From: an uncultured Lentisphaeraceae bacterium
GTDB taxonomy: Bacteria; Verrucomicrobiota; Kiritimatiellia; RFP12; UBA1067
Direction: 5' to 3'
NCBI GenBank assembly: GCA_964390795.1
Contig: CAYMLQ010000001.1
Coordinates: forward strand, 2,365 to 66,364
Length of the DNA: 64,000 bases
Both the position numbers and the translations under genes were made by a program. Numbering within the stretch: the stretch's first letter is position 1; every line of letters starts with the position of its first letter. This document shows, piece after piece, positions 22,001 through 30,500 of the stretch. The notes under the pieces were generated by a model. It did not search any database. It worked only from the letters and a program-made list of their open reading frames with translations, and was not told where the DNA came from.

Positions 22001-22265
22001 CAACCCGGTTGGACGTCGCCCACGCTGTAAACCCCGGCTTGTCGTAAACCGAAGCCTGAAGTTCAAAACAGTAACTGCATCCCAGCGTACGCCCGAAGTT
22101 AATCAGGAAAATCTGGCTCTCGCTCCGGGCATACCCCCGGGCACCCTCAATGTCTGAAGTCCACACGCCGGGCTCGGAGAACACGGGTGAAATCGTGGCC
22201 ACGGCCTCCGCCTGGCCGGCCCACAACAATCCTGCCAAGAACAAAATGGATCCAAACCTTTTCAT
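16056..22265 (-). CDS. Giant secreted multidomain protein (paralog 4): N-terminal thioredoxin-like CxxC module, a WW-VSSE module, Flg_new repeats, two tandem FGE-sulfatase (SUMF1-like) domains, He_PIG and the conserved C-terminal family domain
   Basis: The track ORF 16056..22280 begins at a GTG; I prefer the ATG at 22263-22265 (MKRFGSILFLAGLLWAGQAEA). The thioredoxin-like motif is FLINFGRTLGCSYC. Two FGE-like domains lie at aa ~625-900 and ~1005-1290 (nt ~19580-20408 and ~18410-19268) and share identical stretches (GVFEVTQRQWELVMG, LPTEAQWEY). The C-terminus reads ...GRGFFLWADKASYLNAQNKPVPYTFNWSYDFLLLGL. Confidence 0.85.
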   Translation of the reverse strand: MKRFGSILFLAGLLWAGQAEAVATISPVFSEPGVWTSDIEGARGYARSESQIFLINFGRTLGCSYCFELQASVYDKPGFTAWATSNRVALVYADYDAGSNDPLVQEVHRRYPTAINFPTIIVVSPSDGVTAIGQFHAVRNRSYNGQKLTPLNPASFASMVMSCSDDWNDPYDNVTTNAWTVSFAQDGSMIPEGGRTLTRTDLHDWFAFTNFVAGQRYELGRFSFGNEFDEDVVLPTYLLYTNQATAMAKQAWKALSFSAEEASDTFVSPVSGTLYVCATIADPVTNRVIEAENSRSMYALRHRVCGVPGPELDAGDLVWTTGGDAAWYGQWRESYDGNDAACSGPLQNGQSSWLETTVTGSGTISFWWRVSSEYDFDKLSFSADGVEQSFSSGTEDGWVQQSVVLTAGRHTLRWVYSKNGRQADGEDCGWLDQVSWTPTGFAVMFDACGGTVSPSVKPVTPGAAYGALPVPVRAGYTFEGWWTGGPDATGTRVTETTVVGSADTLYAAWTPLTCNVLFDPAGGTVTRELKSAAYGQAYGSLPVPSRAGYSFMGWWLTLNGVAGLEAANTRVPVATNHTLVAKWERNEAALYLVVDLSGGPGSASYPFSYLSAIPAGGWSDEYKTTRLVLRKIPAGVFTMGSPDDEVGRFDDEVQHEVTITKDFYAGVFEVTQRQWELVMGTRPSFFDNSSWYATRPVESVSYDDVRGSVAGAGWPGSSAVDVASFMGRLRAKTGLSSFDLPTEAQWEYACRAGTATALNSGKNLTAADRCDNLDVVARYGYNSGAILPDGSVDGIPPDADTNQGTAKVGSYLSNAWGLYDVHGNVAEWSLDGYGPFAGSVSDPVGAGVNPVRIFRGGFWWFDATWCRSANRNFNGSGMQDYGIGFRVFQTLTSSALDPVIVTVNALPEGVVESAYSVSFEVAGGMAPYTWSLVSGSLPAGLTLTTSGELRGAPTAVGSSSFTVGVTDRNARSATRAFTLAVYGSAGQRFLVIDLSGGSGASSYPISYLSEVPAGGWADAYKTTKLVLRRIPAGSFTMGSPATELGRDPKDDETQHGVTLTKACYAGVFEVTQRQWELVMGNKPSYFNNATVYATRPVESVSYVDIRGATAGARWPVSSTVDTASFIGKLRTKTGLLSLDLPTEAQWEYTCRAGTTLALNSGTSLTGADTCPNMAAVGRYTNSTVFASTARTVSTNAGTAKVGSHLPNAWGLYDLHGNVWEWCLDWQGTYESTVSDPAGAATGDLRIRRGGGCFDVAWVCRSANRGGGSVNFKGMAVTGLRLFAPLSAQAPVISSSAPAVEAVGAVEGGTLALSLTASDAADSDAARGMLAVSWFVDGTLKQVTKSGAPAAIASVFAYKPGAETVSGTVSRVVTVKAIAQDRQGASSERAWSVCVTNAPVAQKLTFKTLPVKVTGEADFDPGVTASSLLPVVYSSGNGAVAEIANNRVRIVGAGSAVITALQQGSVDFLPATATQTLTVKARLTTNVQGGGGSVSGAGAYVPGTRVTLTARPQSGYTFRRWEDGSQSPTRALVMPTADMAVTAEFMLTQNVSRPTIGTVSEQSATVGVFYSLPFDIQSDTLPTVTFSGLPLGLKYDAATRSLTGVPTAYGSKPVTVTVRNASGQTSVITFGMSVDSLPAWAQGTFNGWHMDSILGAGQISASVTALGKISGKIMVWGTNHTFGAASYFRTNTYPEAFCIRAEVKAGKSVLVLNCRISRLAAGTPQVLSVAEGDVMIGEAGCQNVVLYRNVWMDADMRAVATNYTGYYTAALPNLPSADASDDVAGSGYLTFTVDKAGGVKTAGKLADGTAVSASAPLIIDENGAVFMVVNVVPAEYKGGSLFGFVEWCLPEPEQADACTTLRLLESRSVLQWGSFNPLATARYGEGFSRELDLTGGWYDLLGNLYRYYDGMTLQVGISEDAADPAPLVFVGTNRYESVYWEPTGVETHVVTDRFGVMTGLAAPRAGTPVKVEGAYNYGETENDVGLTLSLTRNTGIFKGQFKAWFDYGTTHTYKSVAYEGVLTPETGATFDGVAGRGFFLWADKASYLNAQNKPVPYTFNWSYDFLLLGL

Positions 22266-22426
22266 ACTACACCCTTTCACTATGCTTACAGCACAATCTT
22301 CGCCGAAACATAAATGTTATTAAACAACGATTACATTGCTGAGTCAAGCACGAAAATGCACAAAAATGCTAATCGGTTCTGACAGGGGGGACGCGATTGA
22401 AGTGCGTATCGTGTGCGAAGCGACTT

Positions 22427-22552
22427 GGAGAACGGGCGTCCCCGCCCGTTGCGCGAAAGTCTCTGCAAGGCAGACACGCAGCCAAACGTGGAACGACAGG
22501 CTGCGGACCGATAGGCTACCGCCGTTCCAACGGGCGGGGACGCCCGTTCTCC
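22427..22552. promoter_or_regulatory. Pair of identical 24-bp palindromic elements (22427-22450 and 22529-22552) in the 310-bp region upstream of giant paralog 4; candidate operator pair
   Basis: GGAGAACGGGCGTCCCCGCCCGTT and its exact reverse complement AACGGGCGGGGACGCCCGTTCTCC, ~102 bp apart centre to centre. Each has an internal 8-bp stem AACGGGCG/CGCCCGTT. Neither is followed by a U-tract on either strand, so they are not terminators. A TTGACT...TAATAA promoter-like sequence for the minus strand lies nearby (~22300-22340). Confidence 0.5.
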
Positions 22553-22590
22553 ATAGCGTGCGACATTATTTCATCAGAAACGCACGAGCC

Positions 22591-25500
22591 TCAGTCGGCA
22601 CCCAAGAAGGGGCCGAACAGGAATTCGTAAGACCAGTTGAAGGCATAGCTCGTCGTTTGGCCGGCCGCGTTCCGGTACCAAGTCTTATCCGGGACGAGAT
22701 AAAAACCCATCCACTCGGGATAGCCCTGACTCGCATCGCGCACCGGCAGGAAGACGCCTCTGATCCCCACCGTAATGGTCTTCTGCTTATCGCCGCCTGC
22801 CGTTTCATAGTAGAAGAGGCAAGACCCCGTGAAGATGCCCGTCGCCTTGTTGGGCTTGACGGACATCGACCACGGATTTACGGACGCCGCAACATCGACT
22901 CGCGTGCCGGCCTTGACGAGCGTGACGGCCGGAAAAGCGACCGCTGCGATCCCCGATGCGAAGGCGGGCAGGCGTCCAGGTTCTGGCGCCGACGCCAGCG
23001 CGTAGCCGGACGTCCCTTGCTTGCCGTCGAAATCGGCAGGCGCGGTGAAGACAGACGCGATCCCCAGTTCGCTCGCGCCGTAGCGGTCCGTCAGGCTCAC
23101 CCTGCTGCTGTCGTAGTAACCGCCGGTCACCTCCACTCGGGTCGTGAAGCCGGCGATTCCGTCCGGCAGCCACCCGGTCGTCGGATCGTACCCAAACACG
23201 GCCTTCGGATCTGGATTGATCCAGCGTAGCCCGTTGAGATCGCCGCAAAGCCCGCTGGTCCCGCTGGCGGCCCCGTCTTCCGCCGGCTTCAGGTAGACAA
23301 GTCCGTACAGCCCTCCGCCCGCGCCATAACCTGAAGGCTTGCCGCACAGATAGAACGTCGCCCGATCATCCATACTGCAACAATCAGGCCCGTATAGCAG
23401 CACCGTCGAACCGCTCACCGCCTTGCCGTCCGCCACAACACCCGCGTAGGTGACCGTGCCGTTCGCCTTGACGGTGAAGGACAAATAGCCCGATCCGCCG
23501 GGGGCGTTCGCCGAACTCGCCTCGATAACGGGCAGCGCGACCGCATAGGTGCCAGCGTACGTCCGCATCCGGGCGATACCGGCAGGCTCGCTCCACACGT
23601 TGCGCCACAGATCATAAACACCGTCCGGCCGCCCTTCCAGCCTCAATTCCACACCTGTCCCGCTCTCTTGGATCGCCAGTGCGAGCGCCAGCACGTTTGT
23701 CCCCGCCCGCGCAAACAACTGGGCACGGAGAATACCCTCGGCCCGGCTATTGAATGCCCCGGCCGAGAACGAGTAAGTGATGCCGCGATAGGCGAGACGT
23801 CCTGAGAAGGCGCCATCCGCCGCCACCGCCAGCGCGCAGTTCCCGCTTCCGGAGCCCTCCGCCGACAGCACATAGCCGTCGTAATGACCTGTGACGGCCC
23901 CCAACGGAAGCACACGCCACGTAACGGTCACCGCCGTCCCCGCCACCGTCTCCGTACGCGAACCGCTCTTTCGCGAGACCACCGTATGCAGGTCAGCCCG
24001 ACCCTGCCCCACGCGTTTCGGCACGCCCGTCAGCCAGACGGCGCCGTCTCGTACGACCGCCGAGACACCGGCGGGCAACGCCCCGTTCTTGACTGTCACG
24101 CGCAGCGTGCCCTCGCCCGCGTTCGCGACGGCGAACGGCCCTGCCTCCCCATACACGCCGACCATCTGCTCCGGGATGACGACGCCTCCGGCTACCGCAG
24201 GATCATATCCGCCTTCGGTCGCGACGAACTCCGGCGAACCCTCGGGCAGGCACGTCACGGCCCAACGCGGACCGGCAGCGACCGCCCGGCGTCCGAGGCC
24301 ATCCGTGGCGACGGTGTCGACGCGCCAGTACAAAGGCTTCGCTCCTGCCTGAGCCAGCACGGCGTCCAGTCGCGCGCGCTCAGCGTCGTCGCCGGGATGG
24401 GGATAGACCGACTCGGGCTGCTCCGACATTTTTGCGAGTCTGCCGCTGGACACCCCCGCATACACCTCATAGCGGACCGTCACGCCCGCTGGGAATACAG
24501 CCTCCGCTACGACGTCCCGCCAAGACAGCGACAGCCCCCTGTTGATCACGGCGGCCTGGTCCGCCGGCTGCGGCTCCGCCGGCTGCGGCAGAGGATACCA
24601 CGCCACATTTCGGACGCCGCCCCAAACATGGGTCAACCCGCTCCCGCGACGCACCGTCCAGGCGGCGGACTGTTTGCCTGCCGGCACGCTGAATACCGCT
24701 CCCACCCGTAAACCCGCATTCGTGCCAGCGTCAACGACCGTCCCGCCCAGCACGAACTGCATCAGCGAATCATCACCCTCCGATCGCCGGTCGAACCCGA
24801 GAACACCCGGCCCGGTCAGAGTCGCGGACACCGTTGTCGTTGCCCTCGCCGCGACTGAGCCGCTCCGCAGCCAAGCCCCAGCGCGGTCATCATCAGAAAA
24901 ATACCCGTAGAACCAGACGCCGCCAACCGCCCGCAGGCCCGGCAGAAGGTTCGCGGCCTCCGCCGCATACTCGGCCAACGGTTGCACGACGAGGTCATCA
25001 CGGCGAGTCAGGGCAACCGTACCGACCGTTGCTGACAAAAGCGAGGCACCGCCCAAGGGAGTCAGTTTCAACGAGCACGCCCGGTCGGCTTGCCAGCCGG
25101 GCTCGTTGGTAAACGCAAAGGCGAAGGCCTTTGCGTCACTCTCGCCGTTCGCCCAAACCAGGGTCGCCACAGGCTTACGCGTGTTTCCAGAAACCTGCTC
25201 GACACGGCCGCTCACCGCACCGTTCGAACCCGCCAACCGCTGGACGCTGAACAGCGCGTTCGAGCCCTCCGGCAGCGTGACGGCCGCAGCAGGCTCAAAA
25301 CCCAGCCGGCCGGGCACGCGCATCGTCTGTTCCTGTAAAACCACGTCACAGACCGCCAGTTGCTCTCCGACAAAGCAGTTCTTGACCGCGTAGAGCGCCA
25401 CGCGGAACGTCTCGTCACCCTCCCAGACCCCATCCGGCAGCAACGGCACCGTGATCATTTTGGCGCGCTTCGGCCCGACGGACCACACAAGTTCGCCTTG

Positions 25501-26646
25501 CGCGTCAACGTAATCTAACCCCGGCAGGGCCGTACCGGGATCAGTCTCATAGCTCACGCGGACTTCGGCATCGTTCGAGGCCCCGCTAATGTTCACCGTT
25601 AACGTGACGGTGGGCACACGCTCGGACACCATCAGCCGATCAACGGCAAAGCGAACCGTGGCGGGCGGCGTCCCGTACCAATAGGCCAGATCGTACGCTT
25701 GCAACTGCTTGAGCCCGGTGAAACGGGAGACCTTCAGCCAATACCGCCCGGTCTGCGGGATCGTATAGGACAGAACGGCGATCGCCGACGGCGCCATCTG
25801 TCGCTCGGCCACACTCGCGCCCGACGCCGGATCGGCGAAAAGTTGCGCCCGCAACTCGTTGGTCACGCTCGTAGCGGTCGCCGCAAGTCTGAACGACCAC
25901 TGCGCGCCGGCGACGGCGTCGAACGCGTACCAGTCCGCCCCATCGGGCTCGCTCAGCGTGTGCGTTCCGCTGTACGCCTCCTCATCCTCGCAAACGGGTG
26001 CGACGAGACCGGTCGCCCCCTGGTAATAGTCGTCCGCCTCGTCCCAGTCGTCGCCCGAAAGAATCTGGCTCACATTGCGGAGCACCATGTCCAACGATAC
26101 CGTCGTGTTCAGCGGTGTGAACCGGCCCAGCCGGGTGCCGTCCGGACGGACACCGATCAAGGTCGGATATCCGACTTTCAGGTAGGAAACGCCTTTTACC
26201 GTCTGTGTCGGAGCACTGGGCACGGCATAGGAGGTCTGAATCGCATACCGGTTCGTGATCGCAGACTCCCCCTCTTCCAAGGTGATACCGGCGACCGCCT
26301 CAACATAGTTGGTCTCGCGCAGCCAGCACCAGTACTGATCGGCCCGGCCGGGGTTGTCGAACATCACAAGATAGAGCCCGTTGGTCTCCACATACGACTG
26401 CCATACAGAATGGGTCAGCACCATGCGTTCCAAAGGCTGACAGTGCGGACACCACCATGCGCCCGTAAACATCACGATGACGTTGCGCCCCTCATCCCTA
26501 GCTCGCCGCAGGGCGGCATCGTGATCCATCGTCCACTCCCCGACCTCCGCGCCGGTGTAACGCGGGACAATCGCGGGACGCTCAACGACGGCCCGTGCCT
26601 CTACGGCAAACAAAGCAAGCGCCGCAAGCACAACAAGGATCTTCAT
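22591..26646 (-). CDS. Giant secreted multidomain protein (paralog 5, divergent): N-terminal DsbA/thioredoxin-like module with WCPHC active site, Calx-beta domain and a divergent copy of the conserved C-terminal family domain
   Basis: The track ORF 22591..26691 starts at a TTG; I prefer the ATG at 26644-26646 (MKILVVLAALALFAVEARA). The CPHC codons are ~26440-26451. The Calx-beta-like segment reads LDYVDAQGELVWSVGPKRAKMITVPLLPDGVWEGDETFRVAL. The C-terminus (...GFYLVPDKTWYRNAAGQTTSYAFNWSYEFLFGPFLGAD) matches the family motif. Confidence 0.8.
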   Translation of the reverse strand: MKILVVLAALALFAVEARAVVERPAIVPRYTGAEVGEWTMDHDAALRRARDEGRNVIVMFTGAWWCPHCQPLERMVLTHSVWQSYVETNGLYLVMFDNPGRADQYWCWLRETNYVEAVAGITLEEGESAITNRYAIQTSYAVPSAPTQTVKGVSYLKVGYPTLIGVRPDGTRLGRFTPLNTTVSLDMVLRNVSQILSGDDWDEADDYYQGATGLVAPVCEDEEAYSGTHTLSEPDGADWYAFDAVAGAQWSFRLAATATSVTNELRAQLFADPASGASVAERQMAPSAIAVLSYTIPQTGRYWLKVSRFTGLKQLQAYDLAYWYGTPPATVRFAVDRLMVSERVPTVTLTVNISGASNDAEVRVSYETDPGTALPGLDYVDAQGELVWSVGPKRAKMITVPLLPDGVWEGDETFRVALYAVKNCFVGEQLAVCDVVLQEQTMRVPGRLGFEPAAAVTLPEGSNALFSVQRLAGSNGAVSGRVEQVSGNTRKPVATLVWANGESDAKAFAFAFTNEPGWQADRACSLKLTPLGGASLLSATVGTVALTRRDDLVVQPLAEYAAEAANLLPGLRAVGGVWFYGYFSDDDRAGAWLRSGSVAARATTTVSATLTGPGVLGFDRRSEGDDSLMQFVLGGTVVDAGTNAGLRVGAVFSVPAGKQSAAWTVRRGSGLTHVWGGVRNVAWYPLPQPAEPQPADQAAVINRGLSLSWRDVVAEAVFPAGVTVRYEVYAGVSSGRLAKMSEQPESVYPHPGDDAERARLDAVLAQAGAKPLYWRVDTVATDGLGRRAVAAGPRWAVTCLPEGSPEFVATEGGYDPAVAGGVVIPEQMVGVYGEAGPFAVANAGEGTLRVTVKNGALPAGVSAVVRDGAVWLTGVPKRVGQGRADLHTVVSRKSGSRTETVAGTAVTVTWRVLPLGAVTGHYDGYVLSAEGSGSGNCALAVAADGAFSGRLAYRGITYSFSAGAFNSRAEGILRAQLFARAGTNVLALALAIQESGTGVELRLEGRPDGVYDLWRNVWSEPAGIARMRTYAGTYAVALPVIEASSANAPGGSGYLSFTVKANGTVTYAGVVADGKAVSGSTVLLYGPDCCSMDDRATFYLCGKPSGYGAGGGLYGLVYLKPAEDGAASGTSGLCGDLNGLRWINPDPKAVFGYDPTTGWLPDGIAGFTTRVEVTGGYYDSSRVSLTDRYGASELGIASVFTAPADFDGKQGTSGYALASAPEPGRLPAFASGIAAVAFPAVTLVKAGTRVDVAASVNPWSMSVKPNKATGIFTGSCLFYYETAGGDKQKTITVGIRGVFLPVRDASQGYPEWMGFYLVPDKTWYRNAAGQTTSYAFNWSYEFLFGPFLGAD

Positions 26647-26687
26647 AGTGTTTACTTCTTTCCGAATAACTTGGCTGACTGATGGCT

Positions 26688-27521
26688 TCAAGGCGTAGCC
26701 TGCGGCTCGGCCGCTTCAGGCTCCTCCGGCTCGACATTTTCCTGTATCCATTGGGCCGCCGCCTCGGGCGTCGTGTATTCAGTCTGCGTCACGAATACGT
26801 AATGCTCACGGGCCACCTCTCCCGCGACTTTATTTTCGCCTTGGATGATGCCCACGAGCGCAGCAACCGCCAGGTCCTCTTTCAGCTGATCAACCGACAT
26901 CACGAGCGACTCCATGTCCTCCTGTTGACGCATCGAGCCCATGGCTGCAACCAGCAATTCAGCCTTCGCGTCATCCTCCTGGATCTCCTCGAAAGCCATT
27001 TTCCATTGGGTAAACGCATCCGACGCCACACTGTCGTCTTTATCGGCCAACATCTGCGTGAGTTCAGGCAGAGCCTTTAACCCAATCCATCCGAGAACGA
27101 TGAGCACGCGCGAACGGACGTCCGCGTCTTCCGAATCGAGCAACCTGCGGGCGATCTTCAGTGCGCCTTTTTCGTCGCCTGAATCCAGCAGGGCGCGCAT
27201 GGTGTCTGCATCGCGTTCATCTGGCGTACGCGCACGTGCAGGCGCGGCATTGGTCGCCGCACCGGTGGCCCGCCCGACTCCCCCTGTGGCCGTCCGGCTG
27301 GCGGGGCGCTCCAAACGCGCCCCGCTCTTTTCCGCGGCGATGCGGGCAACCGCCTGCGTTGACCCGAGAGCCGGCTCCCGAAGACCCGTCGTCCCGGCTA
27401 CCGGACCACGCCGTTGAAAGAACGCAAAACAGAGCACCCCCGCGCACACCGCAACAACGCTCAGCACTATCCAGACCGGCTTCACCAACCTAGTTGCCCC
27501 GCGTGCGCTCACTCGCCCCAA
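26688..27521 (-). CDS. Membrane-anchored HEAT/PBS-lyase-like repeat protein embedded between giant paralogs 6 and 5
   Basis: 277-aa ORF with a TTG start at 27519-27521, which overlaps the stop of paralog 6 (27509) by 13 bp. It has a single N-terminal TM helix (VWIVLSVVAVCAGVLCFAFF) followed by HEAT-like repeats (DADVRSRVLIVLGWIGLKALPELTQMLADKDDSVASDAF). Its stop at 26688 lies 41 bp before the paralog 5 ATG. The start codon is uncertain. Confidence 0.45.
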   Translation of the reverse strand: MGRVSARGATRLVKPVWIVLSVVAVCAGVLCFAFFQRRGPVAGTTGLREPALGSTQAVARIAAEKSGARLERPASRTATGGVGRATGAATNAAPARARTPDERDADTMRALLDSGDEKGALKIARRLLDSEDADVRSRVLIVLGWIGLKALPELTQMLADKDDSVASDAFTQWKMAFEEIQEDDAKAELLVAAMGSMRQQEDMESLVMSVDQLKEDLAVAALVGIIQGENKVAGEVAREHYVFVTQTEYTTPEAAAQWIQENVEPEEPEAAEPQATP

Positions 27522-30500
27522 CCCTCGCTCCAGTCGGGCAAGAAACGCTCGGCATCAATCGTGAACAGGGCGGAACCCAACCACGTCCGCGTGCCGACTT
27601 TCTCCGGAATCTGATAGAACCCGAGACCGGGCGTCTCCTCATATCCACTGCCGCTCGCTTTGCAGGGCGTCAGCACACCTTGGAATTTCAGCCCGACCTG
27701 TTCCTTCTGAAGCGTACCGAGCGCATTCCCGTACCACAAGCCGAACGTGCCGCTGAACAGACCTGTCGCACGCGTAAACTTCAGCGCCAAATTCCCCGGA
27801 TTCGTGGAATTCTCGAAGTCATACAATTTCGTGTTCGTAGCGTCTTTCGCCAGTGCGCGCGCGTCCGTCGACAGGGTATCGCCCACGACGTTCACCGCCA
27901 CGTTCCCATAGGTGTCGGGCGTACACAGCAGCACCGTGTAGGTGGTCGCGTCGAACGCGGCGGGCGCCTGCATCGCACCCACCGTCAGCACGGCGTCCAG
28001 ATAGTAGGTCTGCAGGCTGAAGATCGTGTCGTAATAGCCGCCAACCGGCACCAGCGCCAGCCCGAACCCGTCGGTTCCGCCCCGCGTCGCGTTGGCGTCG
28101 GCGTTGTACCAGTCAAGCTGGCCGGTGGCGACCGGCAGCCCGCTTTGCGGATCGCTCGCGATCACGAGCCAGCCTCCCGCCGCCATCTTGGCCTTCGCCG
28201 TGTACACGGGAATGAGCAACGCCGGAGCGCCGCTATCCTCATAATCGGACACGTAACCCGGCACAGCCGAAGCCGTCCAAGCCGTTCCGTCGGCCAAGAC
28301 GCCCGAGAGCTTCGCGCTGCCCGTCGCGGCCAGCGTGAGCGTCACATAGCCCGCCCCGGCCGGAGCGCCGTCAACCGGCTCCGCCACCGGCAGCGACGCC
28401 GCGTAATAGCCGGCCGCGGACTTGAACGCGGCGAGCGCCAGTGCGACCTTGCTGTTGTCCCTGACCAGCTTGCCGCTGTACGTCACCTCGCGGGCACTCT
28501 TGTTGTCAGCCGCAGGAATCCACAGCACGAGTTCGGCTGTGGCCAGCGCGTCCACCGCGCCCGGGTCCGTCGCGGCGCCGCGACAGGCCGCCACCGTCAG
28601 CGTGTTCGTGTAGGCTTTGCCCGCGACCGTACTTTTCAACGTCAGCAGCGCGAGCAGACCCGGCTGGCCACCCGCAACTTCGGGGATGCTCTCACTGAAC
28701 CCGCTTCCCGTGAACGCGTAGGTCTTGCCCGCGATCATCACTTTGGCGCTGAGCCCGCCCGCTTCGGCCGCCGTGTAGGAGGACACCGAGGCCAACGCCT
28801 CGTGCGCGTTCATTGCATCCGCCGTCAGCAGTCCGTTGAACGTGCCTGCGGCCAGGCCGGCCGGCGCAACACTGAATGGCGCGGCAAAGGTCGTGCCGGC
28901 CACCGTCGCGGTTCCGACCTTGACCGAGGCCTGAAAGATTGCAGTCACCGTGTTCGTCTTGGCAGGAATACCGGCGAGGTAGGTCTCTGCGCCGACCGTC
29001 TTCAGCACAAGTCCCTGCGGAAGTCCGGTGGCTTTGAACGTCTCGCCGTTCGGCGCGTCGAGCGGCCCGATCAGGTAGGAGAGCCCTTGGATCAGCTGAT
29101 ACCCCGCGCCGTCAGGATGGGCGAATGCAGACAGCGCGCCAACCACAAGATCCTCCGTCAGGGGTGCGCCCTGCGCCTCATTCCAGATGGTGAACGACCA
29201 GGCCGCTCCCGGGTTCGTCAGCTTGTCCTGCGCAGGATCGGAGGGGTCGTCGCCCGGAACCACCGAGTCCACCCGCCAGTAGTACGCCTTGCCTGCGGCA
29301 AACCCGTCGTATATGGAACAACTAGTGCAATACTCACCTTCGGTGGCGTAGTCGGAAATCAGCGCGCCGGTCCGGTTCAGCTTGGCAGCCGTGTCCGCGA
29401 TGTAGATGCGGAACAGGCCCACGCCCTCGGCCTTCCACCGGAACGTGCCTGAGTTCCCCAGCGACAGCACCGCCTTGTCCAGCGGCTCGACCAGCGTCGG
29501 CGCCCGCAGCGGCGTCCACTCGAACGGCTGGCCGCTCCAGTCGGCGAACCGACCGAAGACCTGGGCGTCCGCCTCCGAACCCGCCCCGCGCGTCACCGTG
29601 AACTTCACCGTCTGCGCCCCCTTGGCCACATAACGGACCACTTCCGCGCCGTCACCGCAGGCGATCGACTGGGAGCCGATCATACAGGTGAGGGCGCTGC
29701 CGTCACCCTCTGCGCCTCCGGAGAGCTCGCCCGCGAACCGCAACGTGCCCGGCCCGGTGAGCGTCACCGTCACTTCGGACTTGCCCTTTGCGGCCAGCGG
29801 GGCACACCGCAGGAGACCCTGCTCGTCGAAGAACCACGCGCCAGCCACGGAGGGCTTCAACGCGCTGCCGGTCATATTGCCGCCCGCAGCCACCCACTCC
29901 TCGAGCGTACGCGCGACGGACGGGTCGCGGATCTGGAACGCCACCGAGGCGGCCCCGAGCGTCGCTCCGCCGGACGCGGCCGTCAGCTTGACCGTGAACG
30001 CCTTGGCCGCCAGGAACGGGTCCTCGGTGGTCAGCGTGGCTACCGTAAACGGTTTGGGCGAGAGGTCGCCCGCCTCCCACTCCAAGGTCTCGGATGCAGC
30101 CTCAAAATGCGTGCCCGCCAAAGCCGTGCCAGCGACCGTTCCCGCCGTGACCGAAACGGCGCCGTCCGCGCCGTCCGCGCGGGCGATCCACAGGGTCACC
30201 GCGCCGCCTGCGCCAACCGTAACGGCCGGGGCTTTGGCGTTCGCAAAGGCGTTGATCTGCTCCGCGTCAGACCCGAAACCGCTGAATCCCAGTTTGCCCG
30301 GTGCCTTCTTCGTGATCTCCGTCAGGGTGACGACTGCGGTCGTCGGTGCCGCGAACGGCGGCACCAGCTCGTCCGCCTCCACTTCGCCCTCCGGCACCGT
30401 CTCGAGCAGGACCGAGAAGGTCCGGTCACTGTCCCAGCCCGGACGGAGATCCGGGATCAGGGGCACCGAGATCGTCTTAGCCAGGGAATCCCCGTTCGCC

